In this document: one piece after another, positions 12,880 through 24,985 of the stretch
Position numbering within the stretch: the stretch's first letter is position 1
Layout: every line of letters begins with the position of its first letter
Assembly (NCBI RefSeq): GCF_963921235.1
Contig: NC_086097.1
Location: 173,974,001-174,038,000 of the forward strand
Source: Mobula hypostoma
Lineage: Eukaryota
Reading direction: 5' to 3'
DNA length: 64,000 bases
Notes under the pieces: model-generated
The model's input: only the letters and a program-made list of their open reading frames with translations
Database searches by the model: none
Told to the model about the DNA's origin: nothing
Translations under genes and position numbers: made by a program

Positions 12880-15460
12880 TCAGAATCAGGTTTAATATCA
12901 CTGTCATATGTTGTGAAATTTGATGTTTTGTGGCAGCAGTACGTTGCAATGCATAATTTAAAAAACTATAATTTATAATAGCAAATATATATTTACAAGT
13001 AAAATAAATAATTTATTATTAAATAAACAGTGTGAACAGTGAGCAAAAAAAGTAGGTATAGGTAGTGTACATGGATTTATTGTTTATTCAGATATCTGAT
13101 GGCAGAGGAGAAAAAGCTCTTCCTAAAACATTGAGTGTGTGTCTTCAGGCTCTTGTACCACCTCCTTGCTCGTAAGAATGAGAATGGGGTATGTCCTGGA
13201 TGATGGGAGTCTTTAATGACGGATGCCACCTTTTTGTGGCATCACCTTTTGAAGATGCCCCCAATACCGGAGAGGCTAGTGCCCATGATGGAGCTGGATG
13301 AGTTTGCAACCTCCTGCAGCTATTTCCAAACCTGTGCAGTGGTCCCTCCATTCCAAGTACTGTAAGTTCCATCCTAAAGAAGGCACGGCATCATCTGTAC
13401 CTTAGAAGTTTGAACAGATTCAGCATGTCATCTAAAACTTCAACAAACTTACGTAGTTGCGTAGTGGAATGACTGGTTGTATCACTCAAAGCGCAAGAAT
13501 GAAACAGCTTATTAAAAGAACTAGATACAGCCCAGTCCATCACAGGCAAAGCCTTCCATGCCATAGCACATCTACAAAGTGCACTACCCCAAGAAAGCAG
13601 TATCTATCATCATGGACCCTCACCATCTAGGCCATGCTCTCTTCTCACTGCTGCCATCAGGAAGGTGGCACAGGAGCCTTAGGTCCCACAGCACCAGTTT
13701 CAGGAACAATAATTACTCTTTAACAATTAGGCTCAAAGTTCAAAATAAATTTTATTATCAAAGTGCATATATGTCACCATATATAATCTTGAGATTCATT
13801 TTCTTGCAAGCGTATGCTATAAATCTGGAATAATAACTAACAATGAAAGACTGCCCAACTAGGGCATTCAATCAGAATGCAAAAGTTAACAAATTGTGCA
13901 AATACAAAAAGAAGAAGTAATAATGATAATAAGTAAATAAGCAATAATTATTGAGAACATGAGGTGAACCCTTGAAATGAGTCCATTCACTGTGGGAACA
14001 TTTCAATGATGGGGCAAATGAAGTTATCCCCATTGGTTCAAGAGCCTAATGTTTGAGGGGTAGTAACTGTTCTTGTACCCAGTGGTGCAAGACCATAAGA
14101 TATAGGAGCAGAAGTAGGCCATTTGGCTCATTGAGTCTGTTCCACCATTCAATCATGGACTGATCCAATTCTTCTAGTCATCCCCACTCCCCTGCCTTCT
14201 CCCATACCCTTTGATGCCCTGGCTAATCAAGAACCTACCTATCTCTGCCTTAAATGCACCCAATGACTTAGCCTCCAAAGTGGCTCATGGCAACAAATTC
14301 CACAGATTTACCATCCTCTGACTAAAGTAATTTCTCTGCATCTCTGTTCTAAATGGACGTCCTTCAATCCTGAAGTCGTGCCTTCTTGTCCTGGACTCCC
14401 CTATCATGGGAAATAACTTTGCCATATCTAATCTGTTCAGGCCTTTTAACATTCAGAATATTTCTTTGTGTGAGTCCTGAGGCTCCTGTACCACTTTCCT
14501 GATGACAGCAGTGAGAAGAGAGTATGTCATAGCTGGTGGGGGTTCCTGATGATGGATGCTGCTTTCCTGCAACAATGTTTTGCATAGATGTGCTCAATGG
14601 TTGGGAGGGCTTTACCTGTGATGGACTGGGCAGTATCCAATTCTTTTTACAGAATTTTTCATTCAAGGGCTTTGGTGTTCCCACACCAGGCTGTGATGTA
14701 AGCAAGTCAATATACTGTCCACTGCACGTCAATAGAAGTTTATCAAAGTTTGAGATATCATGTCGAATCTCCACAAACACTTAAGAAAGTTTTGAGGGGA
14801 TGATGGTTTTGAATACTGAGCTGTAGTTGATAACGAGCATCCTGATGTATGCATCTTTGCTGTCCTGATGTTCTATAGTTGACAGAAGAGCCAATGAGCT
14901 TGCATCTGCGGTAGACCTGTTGGTCCAGTATGCAATTTGGAGTGGATCTAAGTTACTTCTCAGGCAGGAGTTAATATGTTTCATCACCAACCTCTCAAAA
15001 AACTTCATCACTGTGGGTGTAAGTGCTACTGAGTGATAGTCATTGAGGAGGTCACCATGCTCTTCTTGTGCATCGGTATGATTGGAGCCTGCTTGAAGCA
15101 GCTGGATACCACACACTGCTGAAGCAAGAAACTAAAGATCTCAGCGAACACTCCAGCTGGCTGATAAGCACAGGTTTTTAGTACTTGTCCACATACCCCA
15201 TTTGGACTGGATGTTTTTCATGGATTCACTCTCCTGAAGGCTGCTCGCACATTGACTTCAGAAACTGAGGGCATAAGATAATGGGGGGATGTGGGAGTTT
15301 CTGATGGTACCTCCATGTTTTGATGGTCAGAGCAGGTATAGAAGGTATTAAGCTCATCTGGAAGCAAAGCCCTGCTGTCTCCTATGTCACTTGATTTAAC
15401 GTTATTAGAGGTGATTGTATTCAAGCTCGGCTACATCTGTGAACATCTTTCATTGATTCA
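12880..15460. mobile_element. Cluster of Rex-Babar fragments (minus ~12880-13365, plus ~13375-13725, minus ~13735-15460) with a CR1 3' fragment inserted at ~14091-14466 (minus)
   Basis: Minus-strand RT motifs VALTPTVMKFFERLV..LDPLQIAY..NRSTADA..IRMLVINYSSVFKTIIP and LPDELNTFY; the CR1 piece matches 1628-2110. Confidence 0.8.
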
Positions 15461-16069
15461 AGTTTGGTCATGTTAAGAGTATTATTTATTTACTAGTTTT
15501 TCATTGATTCTATTGTATTTCTTGGTTCTTCTGTGACTGCCTTCAAAAAAATAAATTTCAGTATTATTATACTTTGATAATAAATTTACTTTGAACTTTC
15601 AGCTTGAACTTTAAGTATATCAGCCAAACTTTACTTTTCATTCTATATTTGTTACTCATTTTTGGGCACAGCAACTGGATGATAGTTTATTCACATCATA
15701 TTCTCCTGCAGTCCCCAAAGAAATTCAGCAATATATGTGACTAAATATATCTTTTAAAAGTTTGATTACAACTTCCTCAACAAAGCATAACATTTGCAAT
15801 GACTCTGTGATCAGAATAATGTGCAACAATTTGTTCATACAGGTGTCCCAAACCTTTGATTGCAACATCACAAAGAACGTAACTTCTTTGACAACAACTT
15901 CTGGATTTCTGCATTTAACCATACATGTGGATACCAGAGATTAAGTAAATTGCAGAGTAATGACTTCAATTACTAGTGGCTCTGCTATCCTCGTAACTAA
16001 ATCTCTGGGGCAACATGCTAGAGAAGTGATCAGAAACTGCAAGCATTTTATACAACATTATAATAATCA

Positions 16070-17713
16070 GTGGACAGATCTCCACCTGAGAGAGGGGAAC
16101 TAAGAGACATCAGTGAGTATCCTGATCTCCCCCTGAGAAAGAGGGATTGAGAGGAACTGGTCAGTATACAGATCTCCCCCTGAGAGAGGGGGATTAAGAG
16201 AACCCCATCAGTGTACAGATCTCCCCCTGCGAGAGAGGGACTGAGACACCCCGGTTAGAGTACAGATCAACACCTGAGAGAGAAGAACTGAGAGTCACTG
16301 CTCAGTGTACAGATCTACCCCTGAGAGAGGGGGATTGAGTGACACTCATTAGAGTACAGATCTCCCCCTGTGAGGGAGGGACTGTGAGACACTGCTCAGT
16401 GTACAGATCTACCCTTGAGAGAGGGGGATTGAGTAACACTCATTAGAGTACAGGTCTCCCCCTGTGAGGGAGGGACTGTGAGACACTGGTCAGTGTACAG
16501 ATCTCACCTTGAGGGGGAGGGGATGAGAGACAACAGTCAGTGTACAAATCTCCCCCTGAGAGCAAGAGACTGAGAGACACCAGTCAGTGTTCAGACAACT
16601 CCATGAGAGAAAGCAACAGTGAGACACTGGTCAGTGTGCAGTTCGCCTGAGACTGAAAGGCACCAGTTAGTGTACCGATCTCCCCCTGAGAGACAACGTT
16701 CAGTGTTCAGACAACTCTCTGAGAGAAAGGAACGGTGAGACACTGGTCAGTGTGCCATTCTCCCCCTGAGAGAGAGAGAGAGAGACACACACACCGGTCA
16801 ATGTACAGACCTCCCCCTGAGAGAGAGGGATGAAGAGACACTGGTCAGTGGACAGATCTCCCCCTGAGAGACACCGGTCAATGTACATATCTCTTCCTGA
16901 GAGCAAGAGACTGAGAGACACCGGTCAGTGTACAGAACTTTTCCTGAGAGAGAGGGACTATGAGACACCAGTTCGTGTGTAGATCTCCCCTGAGAAAGAG
17001 ACTGAGAGACACCTGTTAGTGTAAAGATCTCCCCAAGAGAGAGGGATTGAGAGACACTGGTCAGAGTACAGATCACCCCCTAAAAGAGGGGTCTGTGAGA
17101 CACCAGACAGTGTACAGATCTCCCCAGGAGTGGGAGGGACTGAGAGATACTATTCAATGTACAGATCTCCCACCACCCTGAGAGAGAGGGATAGAAAGAC
17201 ACTCGTCAGTGAACAGATCTCTCCCTGTGAGAGAGGGGCTGAGAGACACCGATCAGTGTCCAGATCTCCCCCTGAGAGAGAGGGACAAAGAGACTTCATT
17301 CAATGTACAGACCTCCCCCTGAGAGAGAGGGATTGAGAGACACTGGTCAGTGTGTAGATCTCCCCCTGAGAGAGAGGGACAGAGAGACTTCATTCAATGT
17401 ACAGACCTCCCCCTGAGAGAGAGGGATTGAGAAACACTGGTCCATGTACAGATTTCCCCCTGAAAAAGAGCGATTGAGAGACACCGGTCTGTACAGATCT
17501 CCCCCTGAGAGAGAAGGATTGTGAGACTCCGGTCAGAGTACAGATCTCCCCCTGCGGGAGAGGGATCAGAGAGACACTGGTCAGTGTACAGATCTCCCCC
17601 TGAGAGAGATGGATGGAGAGACTCCGGTCAGAGAACAGATCTTTCCCTGAGAGACAACGGTCTGTATACATACCTCCTACTGAGAGAGAGGGACTGAGGG
17701 ACACCATTCAATG
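16070..17713. repeat. Minisatellite, ~43-45 bp unit (consensus ~GAGACACTGGTCAGTGTACAGATCTCCCCCTGAGAGAGAGGGACT), roughly 35-40 diverged copies
   Basis: Direct tandem repetition visible throughout; all ORFs here are repeat translations. Confidence 0.95.
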
Positions 17714-17714
17714 T

Positions 17715-20015
17715 GTAAGTAGGTACAGAGGGGATGTCAGGGGTAAGTTTTTTTAACGCAGAGTGTGGTGAGTGCATGCAATGGGCTTCCGCAACAATGG
17801 TGGAGGTGGATACAATAGGGTCTATTAAGAGGCTCCTAGATAGGTACATGGAGCTTAGGAAAATAGAGAGCTATGGGTAACCCTCGGTAATTTCTAAAGT
17901 AAGCATTGTGGACCGAAGGGCCTGTATTGTGCTGTAGGTTTTGTATGTTTCTATGCCATAAGAAGGGAAAAGATTAAATATGAAGGCAAACTAACCAATA
18001 ATATGAAGCAGATACTAAAAGTTCTTTCAGTTATATAAAGAGTAAAAGGGAGGTGAGAATTAACATTGGACCACTGGAGGTAGTGATGCTGGTGAGGTAG
18101 TAATAGGGGACAAAGAAATGGTGGATGAACTTAATGAGTACTTTGCATCAGTCCTCACTAGCAGTGTGCCAATGAGTGTCAGGGAGCAGGAGTGAGCGCC
18201 ATTTCTTACAATGGAAAAAGTGTTAGGCAAACTGAAAGATCTTAAGGTGGATAAGCCAATTGATGGACTACATCCCAGAGTTCTGAAAGAGGATGTTGAA
18301 GAGATAGCAGATGAATTAGTCATGATCTTTAAAGAATCACTTGATTCTGGCGTGGTCCCAGAGGACTGGAAGATTGCAGTTGTCACTCCACTCTTTAAGA
18401 ATGGAGGAAGGCAAAAGAAAGGAAATTATAGGCCAGTTAGCCGAACCTAAGTGGTTGGGAAATTTAAACGTAAACAACAGGAATTCTGCAGATGCTGGAA
18501 ATTCAAGCAACATACATCAAAGTTGCTGGTGAACGCTTTTAAAAAGGAAAAGCAGAAGACCAGAGCGGGGTGTCCATGAATTTTAAAAAGGAAAAGCAGA
18601 AGACCAGTTTTAAAAAGGAAAACGCCTGCTGCGTTCACCAGCAACTTTGATGTATGTTGGTTGGGAAATTGTTGGACTCCATTATTAAGTTTAAGGTTTC
18701 AGGGTACTTGGAGACTCATGATAAAATAAGTCAAAGTCAGCATGGTTTCTGTGAAGGGAAATCTTGCTTGACAAATCTGTTAGAGTTCTTCAAGGAAGTA
18801 ACAAGCAGGGTGGACAAAAGAGAGGCAGTGGATGTCATCTTGAATTTTCAGAAGGCATTTGATAAGGTACCAGACGTGAGGCTGCATAACAAGGTAAAAT
18901 CCCATGGCATTACAGAAAAGATTGGCATGGATAGAGGTATAGCTGACAGTCAGAAGGCAGCGAGTGGGAATAAAGGGGGCCCTTTCTGGTTGACTGCCAG
19001 TGACTAGTGGTGTTCCTCAGGGGTCAGTATTAGGAGCACTACTTTTCACATTGTTTTGTCAGTGATTTAGATAATGTAATTGATGGCTATGTGGCAAAGT
19101 TTGCAGATGATACAAAGATAGATGGAGGGGTAAAGCAATGCAATTGCGGAGGATTTAGACAAATTGGAAGAATGGGCAAAAAATTGGCAGATGGAATGCA
19201 GTGCTGGGAAATGTATGATGATGCATTTTGGTAAAAGGAACAAATGTGCAGACTATTATCTAAATGGAGAGAAAATTCAAACATCATAGGCACAAAGGGA
19301 CTTCAGATTCGTCGTACAAGACTCCCAGAAGGTTAATTTACAAGTTGAGTTTGTGGTTAAAAAAAAAGGCAAATGCACTGTTGACATTCATTTCAAGGGG
19401 AACAGATTATAAAAACAAGGGGATAATGCTGAGGCTTTATGAGACGCTTGTCAGATCGCATTTGGAGTATTGTCAACAGTTTTGGGCCCCATATCTCAGA
19501 AAGGATGTGTTGTCATTAGAGAGAGTCCAGAGGAGTTTCACGAGGATTATTCTGGGCATGAAGGGGTTAACATATGAAGAGCACTTGGCAGCTTTGGGCC
19601 TGTACTCACTGGAATTTAGAACAATGTAGGGGAATCTCATCGAAGCCTACCAAATGTTGAAAGGACTAGATAGGTGGATATGGAAAGGATGTTTTCTATG
19701 GTGGGGTGTCCAGAACTAGAGGACATAGCCTTAAAACTCAGGGTGAGCCTTTAGAACGGACATAAGGAAGCATTTTTTAGCCAGTGAGTAGTGAATCTGT
19801 GTAATGCTCTGCCACAGGCAGCTGTGGAGGCTAAGAGCATGGGTATATTTAAAGCGAAAATTGATAGTTTCCTGATTGGTCAGGGCATCAAAGGTTATGA
19901 TGAGAAGGCAGGTGTATGGGGTTGAAAGGGAGCCTGGATCAACCATGATAAAATAGTGGAGCAGACTTAATGGGCTGAATGGCCTAATTCTGCTCCTATG
20001 TCCTATGGTTTTATG
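17715..20015 (+). mobile_element. CR1 LINE fragments (short 3' end ~17715-17955; longer decayed ORF2 plus 3' end ~17957-20015)
   Basis: DGLHPRVLKE..VPEDWKIAVVTPLFK..GNYRPVS; SQHGFCEGKSCLTNLLEFF..FQKAFDKVP; FADD region ~19100; RLYETLVRSHLEYCQQFW; tail ctatgtcctatggttttatg. Confidence 0.9.
18465..18657. mobile_element. Penelope pseudo-LTR-derived fold-back insertion
   Basis: 13-bp TSD TGGTTGGGAAATT (18452-18464 / 18658-18670); perfect 28-bp inverted repeat 18509-18536 / 18631-18658 made of Penelope terminal sequence (same as ~30870-30900). Confidence 0.8.
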
Positions 20016-20904
20016 CCCATTGATAAATGGATCAAAATTGCATGGGTACAGATTCACATAGCAGGAGACCAACGCTTTCTAATATTATCTAATTCTGAAC
20101 AAGAAAACTTTGTTAAGTAAGAGAAGTGGTTTATGCTTTATTCATTTGCAATAAAATTGCTACCATGCATTTGCAAGTTTTGAACTAAATTACTGTTCAT
20201 TTCTGGTGAATATGGCTTTGTGCCACTCTAAGCCTTAGAAAATCAGAAATATATGGTTATACTGGACATAGAGAATCATTTCTTTGCTAGGATGGCAGAA
20301 TTCATATAAGTGCTTTGGCATTGCATAACCTTAAAAGGTGGAGTGACATACAGATTTAATTCATCTCAACTTGTAAAGGATTGGTGCAACAGTAGCCTAG
20401 TTTCAGTTAACTGCAACTGCTTGCAGCAATTATATAAATGCTAAAACGTGCCAGATTAACAGTGTAACAGAAAAATCTGAATCTGGAGTGCAGCTGAACC
20501 TCTTGGCATTCAAGTCGTTCTTTCAGCAATTGAATGGAACTTATAATCAGAGCACAGTAAAAGTATTGTTGAATCAGATGTTGGCTCCTCAGATGCATCT
20601 CATGATTACTCAAACCCATTCTGTATATGAAAGTCATAGTTGATTGCTTCAGTGAAGGAATTTGCTTGATTTCTTCAAGCAAACACATGTATGATTTCAC
20701 TTATCATTCTCCTCATGCTGTATAATAAAATATTTTAATGTTTTGATCAGAGTAGTTTTAACTTGATACAGCTGTTTTTCTTCATACTGCAAAGTTAATC
20801 ATGAACCACCAGAAAGAATGGGTTGTCTTTGGATCAAGGCCAGTTAGGATGTCAAGAAAAATATTTTTTTCAAGAGGGTCAAGCATAAGAAACAACTGTC
20901 GTGT

Positions 20905-23466
20905 ACATACATCTACTGATAATTCTGGACACATCTTCAGTGATGTTCCTGGAATCATCGGGTGTTTCGGGTCTTTCAGCATCATACACTCTCCTCCAGG
21001 TGACCCAGCCGGGGCTGATCAGACCCCAGCTTGTGTCCAGATGGCTAGCTACTTATGACTCCATGGCTCCCCTCTTTTGAGCCACAGCCATCTTGAGGCC
21101 CTCTCTGCCGCATCGGTGGTACTGCGGATGGCTCTCCTCTTCCTCTCTCCCTCGATGCCCAAATTGCTGAAGGCTCTGGCTAAAGAATGGGCTGCAAATC
21201 CCCTACATTCAACCTCCACTGGGAGATACCTCGCTCTCCATCCAGCCTGCTGACAGTTGCTGACCAGTCCTGCATACTTGGAGAGCTTCCTTTCAAAGGC
21301 CTCTTCCAAGCGATCTTCCCATGGGACTGTCAGCTCCAGTAGCACCACTTGCTTAGTAGACTCAGACACAAGGACAATGTCTGGTCGCAGGGTGGTTGCT
21401 GCGATATGGTTGGGGAACTTCAGCTGCCGTTTGAGGTCCACCAAGAGCTGCCAGTCCCTTGCAGAGGTTAGAATGCCTGCAGATGTTCCTTTGGCAGGTA
21501 TTGGCTGCTTCCCAGCTCTGACAAAGGCAATGGCTTGCTTGGAGGGTGGGGACCGCCAGGTCTTCAGGACCTGATCATGCCTCCATCGGTACCGTCCCTC
21601 ACCAAGTGTCCTTGTACAGCCGCTGAGGATGTGCTCCAGGGTTCCTTGCTTGGAGCACAGTGGGCACACGGGTGACTGTGCTTTGCCCCATGTGTGCAGG
21701 TTTGATGGGCTTGGAAGCACATCGTACACTGCCTGGATGAGAAATTGGATGCGGTGTGGTTCAGCTTTCCAAAGCTCAGCCCAGGTCCCTTTCCTCTCAA
21801 CCGCATTCTCCCACCTTGTTCAAGCTCCCTGTTGCTTCATTCCCACCGCCTTGCAGGTTCTCGTCTCCTCCACTATTGCTCTCACCTCCTCCTGAACAAG
21901 GCAAAGCCTTTCCTTCCCTCTTATGGTGTCCATTTGGGGAGTTGGAAAGGGTCCTAGCCCAGCTCGGCCTCGTAAGACCACTCCCACCAGCCTCCTGTGA
22001 CGCAGCCTTGCCTCTGCTTCCTGAACAGCTTCCTCTGCTCTCCACTTCCTGCCAGTCCTGACTTGGATCCCTGCTCTAGCCACCTTCGGATCACTTGAGT
22101 CCCAAAACTGTACCACTTCTCTGGCTCTTGTTACCTTGAACTCTTCCTCCAAGGATTTGAAGGGCAGTTGCAGTTTGTTGTGGTGTCCATAGAGTGCGAT
22201 GCTGCTCAGGCTCTTTGGCAGCCCCAGCCATCTCCTGAGGTGGTTGCTAACCCTCCTCTCTAAGGTTTCAACTGTCAAGATCGGTAACTGCATAAACGAG
22301 GAGGGGCCACAGGAAGCTGGGAAGAATGCCATGCTGATACACCCAGGCTTTGAACTTCCCAGGTAGGCCAGACTTGTCCACAGATTTCAGCCAGCCATCC
22401 AACTCAGTGCAGGTCACCTGAATGGATGTCGTGTCCCTTAAAGAGCTGTCAAAAGCTTTGCCTAAGCTCTTGACTGGCTTTTCTGTGATGGTTGGGATGG
22501 CTGTGCCTGCGATGCTGAACCGGAACTTGTTCTCCACCTTCCCTTTCCTCAGCACCATAGATCTTGATTTGGCTGGTTTGAAACGCATCCGAGCCCACTC
22601 CACCTGCTTTTCAAGCCCCTGCAGAATCCACCAGCAGCCTGGGACAGATTCTGTAGTGACTGTGAGGTCATCCATGAATGCCCTGATAGGTGGTTGCCAT
22701 TGAGCGGAATTCATTCTGGGCCCTCTGCACTCTGGTTCAGCAGACTTAGCGAGCATGTTCTGAGAAAAGTGTCACTGAGATCGTGCACCCTGTGATGATG
22801 CTGATCTCCAACTAGCGCCAGGTTGATGTAATTGCTCCTGAAGAGACCCTCATCCTGAAGTTGCTGAAAAATCAGTGATAAGGTCTCTGATTCTGCTGGG
22901 GACGTGATATTTGGTCAGTGTGAACTGCACCAGCTTGTGCGGAATGGAGCCATTTGCATTTGCCAGGTTGAGCCACAACACTGACAAGTTGCCCTTGTTC
23001 TCTCTGGCCTCCCTGATGAGCTGTGTCACCACACCGGTATGCCCCAGACAGCCTGGCATCCCTGAAATGCCACCCTTCTGGACTGATGTATCAATATAGG
23101 TGTTCTTTGCTAAGTAAGTGCACAGCCAATTGGAAACGGCACTGAAGAAGATCTTCGCTTGACACACAGCAGGAAGAAGATGCAGAACTGGTCTGTCTGG
23201 GTGGCGTTTTCCTCCTTTGGGATCCACACCCCTTCAGCCTCTCTCCACTGTTCTGGGATCTTCCCCATTCTCCAGAAGATTCTCAGGATCTTCCACAGAT
23301 GCAGCAGGAGTTTTGGGCAGTTCTTGTACCCTTAGTACAAGGTGCTGCTTGGTCCTGGAGCCGAGCTTGCCTTTGCTTTGTGGACGATCTCTCTGACTTC
23401 CTTTAGCTGCAGCTCCGACATGTCAAACTGCACATCCAGTTCAGGGGGGTCTATCAAGATGTTGCA
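20905..23466 (-). mobile_element. 5'-truncated, frameshifted RLE-type non-LTR retrotransposon (R2 superfamily, Hero-like)
   Basis: RT motifs SVQKGGISGMPGC, LNLANANGSIPH, PPIRAFMDDLTV; CCHC knuckle CPLCSKQGTLEHILSGC; RHD motif RYRWRHDQVL; restriction-like endonuclease LRPDIVLV..LLELTVPWE..RKLSKY; stop near 21050 followed by a structured 3' UTR. Confidence 0.9.
20925..21040 (-). ncRNA. Putative non-circularly permuted (pseudoknotted) hammerhead ribozyme in the Hero 3' UTR
   Basis: Minus strand: GUA (20987-20985) then UGAUG (stem I); GACCC-GAAA-CAC (20973-20962); CAUCA-CUGAAGA (20945-20934); GGGUC (21006-21002) pairs with GACCC; CUGGACACA (21040-21032) pairs with UGUGUCCAG (20933-20925). Confidence 0.65.
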
Positions 23467-24504
23467 CATTTTCAAAACAAAAATGGTTATGGTGGCCTGA
23501 GAAAGAAAATGTTGTGCTTGGATGTCTACAAATGGTGGCGAGGGAGCATCTGGTCAATCTTGGTGTATCGAAAATATATCCCGTGATACCTTTCATGAAA
23601 TTGTTTTTCATTTACTCCAACTCCATAACTTTTCTCCCCGTTTGTGAAGTTTATCCCCCATCTTGTGTTAGACTGGTTAATTCTGAATGATTTTTCCATA
23701 ATATGTTCATTGAGGCTAGTAATTGCAATTGCTTGCAGCAACTATGGAAACACTGCAGCAGAATTTGTAGAATTTGTAAATTAGTTTTCAGTCTGACTGT
23801 TGTATATACTTTGTAACTTGAATTTTGACAGCATCACCTGAGCCCCTTCAGTTCCACCATTGTTTCAGCAGTTTTCCCTCCGTAGCTTGCGTAGCCGATG
23901 CCAGCTGTAAATTTCATTGCCATTTACTGTGTTCTCCAGAGTGTATAGTTATCTGATTCATATGTTCACTGAAATTATGTATAGTATGCCTGACTGAACT
24001 GGATCCATGATTTGTATAAGCTGAGAGTCACTTCCTAACATTTCTGTTCTATGCCTTTGGCAATACAAGTCGACACTATTTGCTGCCTTTATTTGTTGGA
24101 TAATACTAATCCCCAAAATACTTTGTCAAATGTAATAATATCATTTAGGGGATTATAAAGAGGTGCAGAGCAAAATGTGCCCAGAGTATAACTTACAAGA
24201 TTTTCCATGGAATCTGCAATTGTTTTGTGGGGCATATTTATCCAATTTCCTTTTGAAGGCTTCAATTGTATTTCTCCCTTGAGTCCAGAAGGAGACATTC
24301 ACCCTAGACATTTTCTTATTTTTAGGCAATCCTCTTTCATTTTATTCCATGGCCTTCAATTTTGCTAATGACCTGATATGGGGTAATTTATCAAATGCGT
24401 TTTGAAGGTCAATGTAAACTGTACTATCTTTATTCACACTGTTTACTTCATAATATAAATAAGCAGGTTAGTCAAACACCACTTGCCCTTAACACATCCT
24501 GCAA

Positions 24505-24985
24505 GAATGTAAGAAGCTGCAGGGAGTAATGTGCTCAGCCCAATACATCATGGACATATCCTTCCCCACCATTAGTAGTATCTACTTGAGGCACTGCCTC
24601 AAGAATGCAACATCCATTATCAATGATCCCAACTGTCCAGGCCATGCATCTTCTTGCAGCTACCAACAGGCAGGAGATACGGAAACCTGAAGTCCCACAC
24701 CATCAGATTCAAGAACAGCTACTTCTCTTCAGTTATTTGGATCTTGAACTAACTTGCACAATCATAATCACTACCTCAGTATAGCAACACTATGACCACT
24801 TCAAACACTTCGCACCACAAATCGATCTTGGTTTTGTTTTTTGTTCTAATTGTGTTATTTTTGTAAAAATTGTGTGTAATTTATGTTTTCTTGTGAATAT
24901 TGAGTATCAGATGCAATGCAAGTAAATCTTCATTTTACCTTTGCATACATGTACTTATGCATATGACAATAACTTTGATTTTGAC
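24505..24985 (+). mobile_element. Rex-Babar LINE 3' fragment
   Basis: Similar to 13500-13725 and 7700-8150 (cagcccaatacatcatgg..ctaccaacaggcaggagatac..); tail gacaataactttgattttga. Confidence 0.7.

Noticed and set aside
16070..17713. CRISPR-like array
   Set aside because: Units are contiguous tandem repeats without unique spacers; vertebrate context, no cas genes.
24089..24298. ORF containing HKTIADSMENLV, reminiscent of a Dicer/RNase III motif
   Set aside because: Adjacent frames read as decayed CR1 (TIEAFKRKLDKY; AKGIEQKC*EVTLSLYKS); no other RNase III signature; likely chance.
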